DNA of 64,000 nucleotides from positions 74,811-138,810 of the forward strand of contig JBDTEO010000029.1 in NCBI GenBank assembly GCA_039922495.1, written 5' to 3'. Both the position numbers and the translations under genes were made by a program. Shown one piece after another: positions 26,822 to 38,811 of the stretch (position 1 is its first letter; each line of letters begins with the position of its first letter). Origin of the DNA: Candidatus Dormibacter sp. Its GTDB lineage: Bacteria > Chloroflexota > Dormibacteria > CF-121. The notes beneath the pieces were generated by a model. It had not been told where the DNA came from and searched no databases. It saw only the letters and a list, made by a program, of their open reading frames with translations.

Positions 26822-27846
26822 GCGAGCGGGTCGTCACCGGCGAGGAAAAGCGGGAAGAGAAGGAATTCGAGTGGAGCCTGCGTCCCAAGCGGCTCGGCGA
26901 GTTCATCGGCCAGGAAGGGGTGAAAGCCAACCTGGAAATCCTGATCAGCGCCGCCCGCGGCCGCGATGAACCGATCGAGCACATCCTGATCGCCGGGCCG
27001 CCCGGGCTGGGCAAGACCACGCTCGCCAACATCATGGCCAACGAAATGGGGGTCAACATCCGCACCACCTCGGGTCCGGCGATCGAGCACCAGGGGGCGC
27101 TGGCGTCGATCCTGACCAATCTCGAAGACCGCGACATTTTCTTTATCGACGAGATCCATCGGCTGGCGCGCCCCGTCGAGGAATCGCTCTACCCGGCGAT
27201 GGAAGACTTCAAGTTCGACTTCGTCAGCGGCAAGGGCGCCGGCGCCCAGACCTTCCGCCTGCAGCTGCCCCGGTTCACGGTGATCGGGGCGACCACCCGG
27301 CAGGGGATGCTGTCCGCGCCCCTCCGCGATCGCTTCGGCGCCGTCTATCCGCTCTATTTCTATGGGGTCGACGACCTGTTCGAGATCGTGGTGCGCTCCG
27401 CGAAGTTGCTCAACGTCAAGGCCGATGGTGCCGGTGCCCGGGTGATCGCCAGCCGGGCCCGTGGCACGCCGCGCGTCGCGAACCGGCTGCTACGCCGGGT
27501 CCGCGACTTCGCCCAGGTGCGCGCCCAGGGTGTGATCGACGAACGGATCGCGCTCGATGCGCTGGCCATGCTCGAGGTCGACGAGCTGGGCCTGGATCTC
27601 GTCGACCGGCGGATCCTCCGCACCATCGTGGAAAAGTACGACGGGGGCCCGGTCGGGCTGGAAACGGTCGCCGTCTCCGTCTCGGAGGATCCCGAAACCG
27701 TTGAGGATGTCTACGAGCCGTTCTTGATGCAGCTGGGCTTCCTGGCGCGAACGCCGCGCGGGCGCGTCGCGACCAAGCTGGCCTACGAACACCTCGGCCT
27801 GGTAAAGACCGGAAGCCCCGCCAACGACCAACCGCGATTGTTCTGA
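26818..27846 (+). CDS. ruvB: Holliday junction branch migration ATPase RuvB
   Basis: ATGA overlap. Walker [36 protein letters not shown]. Confidence 0.95.
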   Translation: MSERVVTGEEKREEKEFEWSLRPKRLGEFIGQEGVKANLEILISAARGRDEPIEHILIAGPPGLGKTTLANIMANEMGVNIRTTSGPAIEHQGALASILTNLEDRDIFFIDEIHRLARPVEESLYPAMEDFKFDFVSGKGAGAQTFRLQLPRFTVIGATTRQGMLSAPLRDRFGAVYPLYFYGVDDLFEIVVRSAKLLNVKADGAGARVIASRARGTPRVANRLLRRVRDFAQVRAQGVIDERIALDALAMLEVDELGLDLVDRRILRTIVEKYDGGPVGLETVAVSVSEDPETVEDVYEPFLMQLGFLARTPRGRVATKLAYEHLGLVKTGSPANDQPRLF

Positions 27847-28968
27847 CCGCGTCGCGGCAGGGGGCCGCGCAGATTGCGGTGCTCGTGGTGACGGCGTTCT
27901 GCGCGTCGTTTTCGCTCTTCCTCTTCAGCGCGACGCTCCCCATTTACCTGTACCGGGACCGCGGGTTTTCGCTGGAAGCGGTCGGGGAGTTGGTCGGCCT
28001 CGCGTTTGTCGTGCAGGTGGGCATGACGCTGCTCGCGGGTCCCTTGATCGACCGCCGCGGGGCGCGCCTGGCGATCCGGCTCGGACCCGCCTGTTACGTC
28101 GTCGCCGCGCTCCTCTTCATCACCACCGCGACGCCGCTCACGATCGGGCTCGCCCGGGCGATGCAGGGGATCGGCGCGGCCATGATCATCCCGGCCGCGT
28201 TCGCCGTTCTGCCAAGCCTGGTCCCGGAGCGGCGGCGTGGCGCCGCGCTCGGGGCATTCGGCGCCACCAGCACCATCGCCCTCGCCATCGGACCGCCGGT
28301 TGGCCTGCTGTTGCTGCGACGCGGCCCCGGGGTGCTGTTCGGTACCGCACTCGCGGTTGCCGCGCTGGCCTTCGCCTGCAGCTGGATTCTTGACGCGGGA
28401 AGGCCGGCCGCGTCGCGCGGGCCGCTGTTCACCTATCGCACCAGCTGGACGCCACTCCTGCTGGTGACCTTCCTCACGGTTGTCTACTGGGGCGTGGTGA
28501 CCGCGTTCTTGCCGATCCATGTGCCGCGCAGCCAGCTCGCCAATGTGGGCTGGTTCTTCACCGCGGATGCGCTTGCGGTCCTCGCCTTCCGGATTCCGAC
28601 CGGATTTCTGGCCGACCGTTTCGGTCCTCGCTGGCTGCTCGCCGCCGGCATCGTCGTGACCAGTGGCGCCATCCTCCTGCTGCTCGTACCCGCGTCGCTC
28701 CTCATACTCGTCGTGGCCGGCCTCGGAACCGGATTCGGGGCCGCCCTCTTGCTGCCCCCCATCCTGCTCGAGTTGACGAAGCGGAGCGACGAGAGGAATC
28801 GCGGCACGGCGATGGCCCTCTACTCGACCAGCTTCTCGGCGGCGGTGGGCGTCGGGAGCCTGGGCGCGGCGCCGCTGGTGGCCGGAGCTGGATTTAATGC
28901 GGCCCTCCTGCTCAGCACCGCGGCGTGCCTGGCCGCCGCGCCGATCGTCATCATGAGCGTCGGCACCC

Positions 28969-28982
<14 letters not shown>
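27843..28982 (+). CDS. MFS transporter
   Basis: Multiple TM spans and an MFS loop motif ([10 protein letters not shown]). The first canonical start, GTG 27879, sits inside TM1. CTG 27843 forms a CTGA overlap with the ruvB stop. Start is uncertain (27843 or 27879). Confidence 0.7.
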
Positions 28983-31109
<2,127 letters not shown>

Positions 31110-31172
31110 CCGCCTCACCGGCGCCGCCTGCTTACCGGTTTCTCACCGGGCCTCGCCTATACTCTTGCACGC

Positions 31173-32579
31173 ATGCGCGTCAACCGTGCCCTGCTGGCTC
31201 TGATCGCCGGTATCGCCGTGATCGCCCTTTTCATCGACGGCTTTGCCTACGTCTACCGGGTGGCGACCCACCAGTCGCTGACCGGCCCGATCAATAGCCG
31301 GCCGCAGCTCTCGATTCCACTGTTGGGCTTCCAGCAGGATCTCTACGTCCACAAGGGACTGGACCTCTCGGGCGGCACCCACCTCGAGCTCCAGATCAGC
31401 AACGTCCGATCCGGGCTGAGCGTTTCCAACGCTCGAGACGTGGCCCTGAACATCATCGAGCGCCGCGTCAATAGCAGCGGCTACGCGGAATCGACCGTTC
31501 GACCGGAAGGCGCCGACCGGATCATCGTCGAACTGCCCGGCGTCAATCTTGAACAGGCGAAAGCGATTCTTGGCAAGACCTCATACCTGACGATTTGGAA
31601 ATGGGTGCCGGGAACCCCGGATGCGGCGACCATCGCGCAGCTGAACTCGAAGGACGCCAACACCTTCCAGGGTTATAAGCCGGTTTGGACTCAGATCGAT
31701 GGCAGTATGGTCACCAACGCCAGCCGCTCGACCGATTCCACCACCAACCTCCCCGATGTCACGATCTCTTTCAACAACCCAGGCTCGAAGCTGTTTTGTG
31801 ATTTCACCCGGGACCGGTTCACCCACCCGCAGGGCACCCCGGACAACATGCTCGCGATCTTCATCGACCACGACCTGGTGGAGAACGCCAACGTCCAGAG
31901 CGAGATCTGCGGCGGCACGGCGCAGATCACCGGCGGGTTTACCGCCGACAGCGCCCAGGCCCTGGCGGTGCAGCTCAATTCCGGATCGCTCCCGGGAACG
32001 ATCAGCATCGTCTCCAGCACCGAGGTTGGCGCCACCCTGGGCGCCAACACCGTCCGGCTCAGTTTGCTGGCCGGCGCCTTCGGGCTGGCGATCGTCATCC
32101 TCTTTATGCTGCTCTACTACCGGCTGCCGGGCGTGGTGGCGAGCATCGCCCTGCTGCTCTACGCCGCGATCACCCTCGCCATCTTCAAGCTCTTTGGCGT
32201 CACCCTGACGCTTGCCGGGCTGGCGGGCTTCATCCTCTCCGTCGGAATGGCGGTCGATGCCAACGTGCTCATCTTCGAGCGTGTCAAGGAGGAGCTGCGC
32301 GCCGGCCGCACCCTGGGCGCCTCGATGGAATCCGGCGTCAGCCGGGCCTGGCCGGCCATTCGTGACTCCAACATCTCGACCCTGATCACCTGCTTTGTCC
32401 TGTACTTCTTTGGGGCCCCGCTGATCAAGGGCTTCGCGGTCACGCTCGCGATCGGCGTCGCGGTCAGCATGTTCTCCGCCATCGTGACCACCCAGCAGTT
32501 GCTCCAGATCCTGGCCGGACTCCGGCCGGCCCGGAAGCTGGCTTACTACGGCGTGGCCGCCCCGCAGAAGGCGGCGTAG
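31173..32579 (+). CDS. secD: Protein translocase subunit SecD
   Basis: N-terminal TM helix, periplasmic domain, C-terminal 5-TM block (GLAGFILSVGMAVDANVLIFERVKEE). Confidence 0.9.
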   Translation: MRVNRALLALIAGIAVIALFIDGFAYVYRVATHQSLTGPINSRPQLSIPLLGFQQDLYVHKGLDLSGGTHLELQISNVRSGLSVSNARDVALNIIERRVNSSGYAESTVRPEGADRIIVELPGVNLEQAKAILGKTSYLTIWKWVPGTPDAATIAQLNSKDANTFQGYKPVWTQIDGSMVTNASRSTDSTTNLPDVTISFNNPGSKLFCDFTRDRFTHPQGTPDNMLAIFIDHDLVENANVQSEICGGTAQITGGFTADSAQALAVQLNSGSLPGTISIVSSTEVGATLGANTVRLSLLAGAFGLAIVILFMLLYYRLPGVVASIALLLYAAITLAIFKLFGVTLTLAGLAGFILSVGMAVDANVLIFERVKEELRAGRTLGASMESGVSRAWPAIRDSNISTLITCFVLYFFGAPLIKGFAVTLAIGVAVSMFSAIVTTQQLLQILAGLRPARKLAYYGVAAPQKAA

Positions 32580-32587
32580 GGAGCCGT

Positions 32588-33463
32588 ATGGACATCGTCG
32601 GTCGTCGCAACTGGTACTTCCTTGCCTCGCTCCTGGTCATCCTGCCGGGGATCTTCTCGATGATCTTTTTTGGATTCCGGCTGGGCATCGACTTCGCCGG
32701 CGGAAACCAGCTGAACCTCGTCTTCAAGCAGCCGGTTCAGGCTTCGGCGATCCAGCGCGAGATGGACACCTTCAGCGTTGAGGCGACGGTGCAGCAGGCC
32801 GGGCCAAACAATGTCCTGATCACGACCAAACCGCTCAGCACCACCCAGGAGACGACGATCCACAACGATCTCAACAAGAAGTTTGGCGGCGGTATCGACG
32901 AGCAGAAATCGAGCAGCGCCGCGGTCGGCCCGTTGATCGCCCGCGAGCTAGTCCTCGGCGCCGGTGGGTTGATCGCGATCGCCTCGATTTTGATCGTGGC
33001 CTATCTGAGCTTCCGCTTCAACTACAAATTCGCGATCTGCGCGATCCTGGCCCTGCTGCACGACGTCTTCGTGCTGACCGGGGCGTATTCGATCCTGGGC
33101 AAGGTCTTCAATCTGCCGCTGGGGGAAATCAACACGCTGTTCGTGACCGCCGTCCTCACCGTGATCGGCTTTTCGGTGCATGACACGATCGTGATCTTCG
33201 ACCGGATCCGCGAGAATCTCCGGCAGGCGAGCCGCCTGACCTTCGAGCAAAACGTCAATCTCAGCATCATCCAGTCGCTCGCCCGGTCGATCAACACCTC
33301 GATGACCGTCGTCTTCGTCCTGGTCGCCCTCTTCTTGATCTCGCCGACGAATATCAAGGGCTTCACCCTGGCCTTGCTCATCGGGATCGTCAGCGGCACC
33401 TACTCCTCGATCTTCAATGCCAGTCCCTTGCTGGTGGTGTGGCGCCGTCTCAATCCTCGCTGA
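32588..33463 (+). CDS. secF: Protein translocase subunit SecF
   Basis: GIDFAGG motif. HDVFVLTGAYSI... FSVHDTIVIFDRIREN. Confidence 0.9.
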   Translation: MDIVGRRNWYFLASLLVILPGIFSMIFFGFRLGIDFAGGNQLNLVFKQPVQASAIQREMDTFSVEATVQQAGPNNVLITTKPLSTTQETTIHNDLNKKFGGGIDEQKSSSAAVGPLIARELVLGAGGLIAIASILIVAYLSFRFNYKFAICAILALLHDVFVLTGAYSILGKVFNLPLGEINTLFVTAVLTVIGFSVHDTIVIFDRIRENLRQASRLTFEQNVNLSIIQSLARSINTSMTVVFVLVALFLISPTNIKGFTLALLIGIVSGTYSSIFNASPLLVVWRRLNPR

Positions 33464-33505
33464 GCGACGATATACTGAAAGGGAAGTGAATATCGGTTCG
33501 AAGCA

Positions 33506-34012
33506 ATGGGGCTGGCGGCCCCTTTTCTTTTGATGGCGGCGGTGGATCACACCGTTCAACTGGCGCGCGTCCGGGACCTGATCCAGCCAACGCTGAATTT
33601 TCTCGGCTACGAGCTTTACGACCTGACGCTTACGGGAGGCAGCGGCCATCCCACCCTTCGCGTCCGCATCGACAAGCCCGAAAGCGTGAGCCTGGATGAC
33701 TGCGAGCGGGTGAGCAAGTCCCTCGGGGCGCTGCTCGACCAGGCCGATCCGGTGCCGACGCGCTATGACCTCGAAGTGTCCTCACCCGGAGCCGAGCGCC
33801 CACTCCGAACCCTCGACGAATATCGCCGGTTTGTCGGCAAACGGGCCAACGTGCGCTACCGGACGGGGGAGAGCGAGCGCGTGGCCGAGGGCCTGCTCAG
33901 CGCCGTCTCGGACAACGCCATCGAGCTACAACTCCGCGAGCGCAAAGCGGCCACCACACTGGCCATCCCGCTGACCGACATCCTGGCCGCTCGACTGGCT
34001 GTCGATCTGTAA
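33506..34012 (+). CDS. rimP: Ribosome maturation factor RimP
   Basis: LGYELYDL..., LEVSSPGAERPL. TAATG junction with nusA. The start could instead be the ATG at 33533. Confidence 0.85.
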   Translation: MGLAAPFLLMAAVDHTVQLARVRDLIQPTLNFLGYELYDLTLTGGSGHPTLRVRIDKPESVSLDDCERVSKSLGALLDQADPVPTRYDLEVSSPGAERPLRTLDEYRRFVGKRANVRYRTGESERVAEGLLSAVSDNAIELQLRERKAATTLAIPLTDILAARLAVDL

Positions 34013-35085
34013 TGCTCCGCTCGGACTTTCTCAAGGCGCTCGACCAGGTTCAGGAGGAAAAGGGGATTTCGAAGGAGTCGCTCCTCACCTTGATGGAGAG
34101 CGCGCTTGCCACCGCCTACCGGCGAGCCTTCAATCCGCCCGAGAACATTCGCGTCCACGTTGACCCCGAGACGGCGCAGATCGCGATCTTCAGCCGCCGG
34201 CGCGTGGTCGAAACGGTGGCGGATCCGACGACCGAAATCGCGCTCGACGAAGCCCGCAAACAGGGTCCGGTCTCGGTCGACGACATGGTCGACGTCGCGC
34301 TGCCGACGGAAGATTTTGCCCGGCTGGCCGCCCAGATCAGCAAACAGGTCGTCTTCCAGCGACTGAAGGATGCCGAGAAGGATCAGGTGCTCCGGGACGT
34401 GCTGGAGCACAAGGGCGAGATGGTCAGTGGCATCGTCGATCGCGTCATCGAGCGGTCGGAAGGGCATACGGTCTACCTCGAACTCGGCAAGGCGGAGGGC
34501 GTGCTGCCGCCGGAGGAACAGATCCCGGACGAGACGATCCGGGTCGGCCAACATCTCAAAGTCCTGTTGCTGGAAGAGCGAAAGCGGAGCCGCGGGGCGC
34601 AGGTGACCGTGTCCCGCGCGCACAAGGCGCTCGTCCGCCGTTTGCTCGAATTCGAGATTCCCGAGCTGGCCTCGGGCGCGGTCATCATCCGGGCGCTCGC
34701 GCGCGAGCCCGGCGTACGAACCAAGGTGGCGGTCTCGGCCAAGCAGGACGGCATCGACCCGGTCGGGGCGTGCGTCGGGCCGCGCGGGGTGCGGATCCGG
34801 AGCGTCGTCGGCGAGCTGGGAGCCGAGCGCGTGGACATCATCCCCTGGGCGGACGACCCGCTGCAGCTGGTGGCAAATGCCCTCAGCCCGGCACAGGTGC
34901 GCACCGTGGAGATCGATCGAGACTCCCGAACCGCGACCGCGCACGTGCCGGAAAACCAGCTGTCGCTCGCCATTGGCAAGGATGGCCAGAATGCCCGGCT
35001 GGCAGCGAAGCTAACCGGCTGGCGCATCGATATCAAGGCAGCCCCCGATGAACTCACCGGCGAGGCGGGGCCGGACGGCGCCTGA
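34012..35085 (+). CDS. nusA: Transcription termination/antitermination factor NusA (no C-terminal AR repeats)
   Basis: N-terminal domain, S1 and two KH domains (GACVGPRGVRI, AIGKDGQNARLAAKLTGWRIDI). Confidence 0.92.
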   Translation: MLRSDFLKALDQVQEEKGISKESLLTLMESALATAYRRAFNPPENIRVHVDPETAQIAIFSRRRVVETVADPTTEIALDEARKQGPVSVDDMVDVALPTEDFARLAAQISKQVVFQRLKDAEKDQVLRDVLEHKGEMVSGIVDRVIERSEGHTVYLELGKAEGVLPPEEQIPDETIRVGQHLKVLLLEERKRSRGAQVTVSRAHKALVRRLLEFEIPELASGAVIIRALAREPGVRTKVAVSAKQDGIDPVGACVGPRGVRIRSVVGELGAERVDIIPWADDPLQLVANALSPAQVRTVEIDRDSRTATAHVPENQLSLAIGKDGQNARLAAKLTGWRIDIKAAPDELTGEAGPDGA

Positions 35086-35347
35086 GTCCCCGGCGGGCCC
35101 GAGGCCCGTGCGGACCTGCGTCGGCTGCCGCCAGGGCAAGGGCAAGGGCGAGATGGTCCGGCTGGTCGCGGCGGACCCTGGCGTGCGCGTCGATCTGCAG
35201 GGGCGGGCCCCTGGGCGGGGGGCCTACCTCTGTCGCGACCCGGCCTGCTGGACGACCGCCGAACGGCGCCAGGCGCTCAATCGCGCCCTTCGGGTCTCGG
35301 TCACGGCCGAGGATTGGCTGCGGCTTCGAGCGGGAATACTGAGTTGA
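35048..35347 (+). CDS. ylxR: YlxR/RnpM-family (DUF448) RNA-binding protein
   Basis: RTCVGCRQ...KGEMVRLV, GRGAYLC. GTG 35108 is an equally plausible start. Confidence 0.8.
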   Translation: MNSPARRGRTAPESPAGPRPVRTCVGCRQGKGKGEMVRLVAADPGVRVDLQGRAPGRGAYLCRDPACWTTAERRQALNRALRVSVTAEDWLRLRAGILS

Positions 35348-35407
35348 GTGCGGCCCGGCCGGAGTCGGGTTATCATTGCCTGTTGAATTGAAAGAGAGGA
35401 ACTGACT

Positions 35408-37411
35408 ATCGCCACTACCACGACGCGCGGCATCAAAGTCCAGCAACTCGCTCGGGACCTCGGCATCGAGGCCCGGGACATCCTCGATTTCCTGAAGCCG
35501 ACCCGTCACGCCCCGCGCCACGCGATGGGCGTCTTGACGCCGGAACAGGAGACGTCGGTTCGCACCCAGTTTGCCCCGGGCGGCCCCGCCGCCGAGGCCA
35601 AGACCAAGGTCAAGGAAGGCAAGGTGGAGCTGCCGCCGACGCTGTCGGTCAAGGAGCTGGCCGAGTACCTCAACGTCAAGACGGTTGACATCATCAAAGA
35701 GCTGATGCGCAACAGCATCATGGCCAACATCAACCAGCAGATCGACTTCGACACGGCCGCGCTGGTGGCGGATACCTTCGGCGTCCAGGCGATGCCGATG
35801 GCGATGGACTCCGCCATCGCGGAGCAGCTGACGGAGGAGGGTGACGGCACCCAGGTCAAGCTCACGACCCGGTCGGAGCTGTTCAGCCTCGAAGGCGAGG
35901 ATCCCGGCAATCTCAAGGTGCGCCCACCGGTCGTCACCGTCATGGGTCACGTCGACCACGGCAAGACCTCGCTCCTCGATGCCATTCGCCAGACCAAGGT
36001 GGCCGCGGGCGAGGCCGGCGGCATCACGCAGAGCATCGGCGCGTACGTGGTGGAAGAGCGCGGACGCCGGATCGTCTTCCTCGACACACCGGGCCACGAG
36101 GCCTTCACGGCGATGCGTGCCCGCGGCGCCCAGGTCACCGACGTCGCGGTGCTGGTCGTCGCCGCCGACGACGGCGTGATGCCGCAGACGATCGAGGCGA
36201 TCTCACACGCCAAGGCCGCGCAGGTCCCGATCGTCGTCGCCATCAACAAGGTCGACAAAGAGGGCGCCAATCCCGACCGCGTCAAGCAAGGCCTCTCGGA
36301 CCAGGGGTTGGTCCCGGAAGATTGGGGCGGCCAGACGGTCATGGTTCCGGTTTCGGCCAAGCAGAAGACCGGGATCTCCGACCTGCTCGAGATGATCCTG
36401 CTCGTTGCCGACCTCCAGGACCTCAAGGCGAATCCCGCCAAGTCAGCCGCCGGCACGATCATCGAGGCACGGCTGGAAAAGGGCCGCGGCCCGGTCGCGA
36501 CCGTGCTGGTCCAGAGCGGCACGCTCCGGGTCGGCGACAACATGGTGGTCGGCCACATCTTCGGCAAGGTGCGTGCACTGCTCGACGACCACGGCAAGAA
36601 GATGAAAGAAGCCGGCCCGGCCACGCCTGCCGTGGTCACCGGCCTCCCCGACGTGCCCACCGCGGGCGACATCTTCCAGATCGTGTCGAGCGAGAAGGTC
36701 GCCCGTACCATCGCCGGCCAGCGGGCTGAGCAGTATCGCGTGGCCACCCTTGCCCAGACGCGCCGCATCACGCTCGCCGATCTCTCGGCCGCCGTCGAGC
36801 AGGGCGCGATCAAGGACCTCAACCTCGTCATCAAGGCCGACAGCAACGGCTCCGTCGAGGCGCTGAAGGGCTCGGTCCTGAAGATCCAGGACCCGAAGGT
36901 CCAGGTGAAAATCGTGTTCGAGGGCGTTGGTCCGGTCTCGGAATCCGACATCCTGCTCGCCGCCGTCTCGAACGCCCTGGTGATCGCCTTCAACGTCAAG
37001 GCCGATACGCTGGCGCAGAAGGCGGCCGAGCGCGAGAAGGTCGATATCCGCCACTACGACGTCGTCTACAACGTGACGAGCGACATCGAGAAGGCGATCA
37101 AGGGCCTCTACGAGCCGACCTTCGTGCAGGTCTGGGAAGGCCGGGCGCAGGTCCTCACCCCGATCAAGATCCCGAAGCTGGGCGCCATCGCCGGCTCGCG
37201 CGTGCTCGAGGGCAAGATGACCAGCGGCTCGACCGCGAAGCTCTTCCGAAACAACGAGCAGATCCACGAGGGACTGATCGCCGGGCTGAAGCGATTCAAG
37301 GATGATGCCCGCGAAGTCACGGCCGGCCTCGAGTGCGGCATTCGCATCGATGGCTACCAGGACTTCCAGGAAGGCGACGTGATCGACAGCTACCAGGTCA
37401 AGCAGGCCTAA
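35408..37411 (+). CDS. infB: Translation initiation factor IF-2 (short form; non-canonical start codon)
   Basis: G domain GHVDHGKTSLLD, DTPGHEAF, NKVD. An IF2_N-like segment (IKVQQLARDLGIEARDILDFL) is encoded upstream of the first canonical start (ATG 35525). In-frame TGA at 35384. Candidate starts are ATC 35408 (8 nt after GAGG) or CTG 35402. Confidence 0.88.
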   Translation: MATTTTRGIKVQQLARDLGIEARDILDFLKPTRHAPRHAMGVLTPEQETSVRTQFAPGGPAAEAKTKVKEGKVELPPTLSVKELAEYLNVKTVDIIKELMRNSIMANINQQIDFDTAALVADTFGVQAMPMAMDSAIAEQLTEEGDGTQVKLTTRSELFSLEGEDPGNLKVRPPVVTVMGHVDHGKTSLLDAIRQTKVAAGEAGGITQSIGAYVVEERGRRIVFLDTPGHEAFTAMRARGAQVTDVAVLVVAADDGVMPQTIEAISHAKAAQVPIVVAINKVDKEGANPDRVKQGLSDQGLVPEDWGGQTVMVPVSAKQKTGISDLLEMILLVADLQDLKANPAKSAAGTIIEARLEKGRGPVATVLVQSGTLRVGDNMVVGHIFGKVRALLDDHGKKMKEAGPATPAVVTGLPDVPTAGDIFQIVSSEKVARTIAGQRAEQYRVATLAQTRRITLADLSAAVEQGAIKDLNLVIKADSNGSVEALKGSVLKIQDPKVQVKIVFEGVGPVSESDILLAAVSNALVIAFNVKADTLAQKAAEREKVDIRHYDVVYNVTSDIEKAIKGLYEPTFVQVWEGRAQVLTPIKIPKLGAIAGSRVLEGKMTSGSTAKLFRNNEQIHEGLIAGLKRFKDDAREVTAGLECGIRIDGYQDFQEGDVIDSYQVKQA

Positions 37412-37431
37412 CAGCCGGTAGGCGCCGGGCG

Positions 37432-38421
37432 GTGCGTGACGTCCGCCTGGCGCTCCTCGGGTTCGGTCACGTCGGCCAGGCGTTCGCCCGGCTGCTGCTG
37501 CTCAAGGCGTGGTTGCTGCGCGAACGCCAGGGCTTGAATCCCCTGCTCACCGCGGTGATCACCGGCCGGCATGGGTGGGCCGTCGATGAACGCGGACTCC
37601 AGCTGAGTGCGCTGCTTTCCGGGCCGGGCTTAGCGAACCGCGGCGCGCCGCCGGCGATCGGGACGCTGCCCGCCGATGTCCTGATCGAACTGACCCCCGT
37701 CAGTCCACGCGATGGCGAGCCCGCACTGGGCTACCTCCGCGATGGGCTGGCTGCCGGCATGGATGTCATTACGGCAAACAAGGGAGCGATCGCGCACGGC
37801 TTCCACGCGCTGTCGGCCCTGGCGGAACAACACGGCCGCCGTCTCCGCTTCGAGGCGACCGTCGCCGACGACCTTCCGGTCTTCAACTTGATGCGCAGCG
37901 CGCTGCCAACGGCGAAGGTCGGGCTCGTTCGCGGCATTCTGAACAGTACGACCAACTATCTGCTCAGCCAGGCGGCGCGTGGGGTGCCGTGGGATGAGGC
38001 CCTGGCCGAAGCCCAGCGTCGCGGCATCGCGGAGCGCGATCCGAGCCACGACCTCGACGGGTGGGACGCCGCCCTGAAGGCGACCATCATCGCCAACGTC
38101 GTGATGGGGATCGAGCTCACGGTGAGCGATGTGGTCCGACAGCCAGTGACCGCCGAGACGGGTGAGCGCGCTCGCGCCGCGGCCGCCAAAGGCCTACGCT
38201 TGCGCGCCCTGGCGGCGATCGGGCCCTTCGGCACCCGCTGGGCCCCGGTCGAGCTGGGCCCGGAGGATCCGTTCTTCGCCGTCGATGGCTTTTCGATGGC
38301 GATCGAGCTCGACACGGACGTTGCCGGCCGGCTGGCGCTGGCGCTGCACGATCCGGGCGTCGAACAAACGGCCTTCGCCATCCTCGCCGACCTGATCGAC
38401 GTGGCCGGAACTCCGCATTAG
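37432..38421 (+). CDS. hom: Homoserine dehydrogenase family protein (no ACT domain)
   Basis: GTG 37432. NAD-binding LALLGFGHVGQ, ITANKGA, GILNSTTNYLL, AERDPSHDLDGWDAALKATI. Confidence 0.75.
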   Translation: MRDVRLALLGFGHVGQAFARLLLLKAWLLRERQGLNPLLTAVITGRHGWAVDERGLQLSALLSGPGLANRGAPPAIGTLPADVLIELTPVSPRDGEPALGYLRDGLAAGMDVITANKGAIAHGFHALSALAEQHGRRLRFEATVADDLPVFNLMRSALPTAKVGLVRGILNSTTNYLLSQAARGVPWDEALAEAQRRGIAERDPSHDLDGWDAALKATIIANVVMGIELTVSDVVRQPVTAETGERARAAAAKGLRLRALAAIGPFGTRWAPVELGPEDPFFAVDGFSMAIELDTDVAGRLALALHDPGVEQTAFAILADLIDVAGTPH

Positions 38422-38445
38422 GCGGGCGCCCATACAATTGAGGGT

Positions 38446-38811
38446 ATGGCCGGTCACCGCGTCGAACGCGTCGCCGCCCAACTCCGCGAGGAGATCAGCG
38501 CCATCATCATGCGGGACCTCAAGGATCCCCGGATCGGGATGGTCAGCATCACCGAGGTCAAGCTAACCCCCGACCTTCGCAGCGCCATCGTCAGGGTCAG
38601 CGTGGTGGGGGAGAGCGAGGGACAGCAGGCGGCGATGGCCGGGCTCGACCATGCTCGCGGCTTCATCCGCAAGGAGCTTGGTGCGCGACTCTCGAACTTA
38701 CGCTTCGCCCCGGAGCTCCGCTTCGAGCTGGACGAGGGGATCGCCTACAGCGTTCGCGTCAGCCAGCTGTTGCGTGAAGTTGAGAAAGGATCCTCCGACG
38801 CTGGCTCCTGA
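38446..38811 (+). CDS. rbfA: Ribosome-binding factor A
   Basis: RVAAQLREEISAIIMRDLKDPRIG.VSITEVKLTPDLRSA. Confidence 0.92.
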   Translation: MAGHRVERVAAQLREEISAIIMRDLKDPRIGMVSITEVKLTPDLRSAIVRVSVVGESEGQQAAMAGLDHARGFIRKELGARLSNLRFAPELRFELDEGIAYSVRVSQLLREVEKGSSDAGS

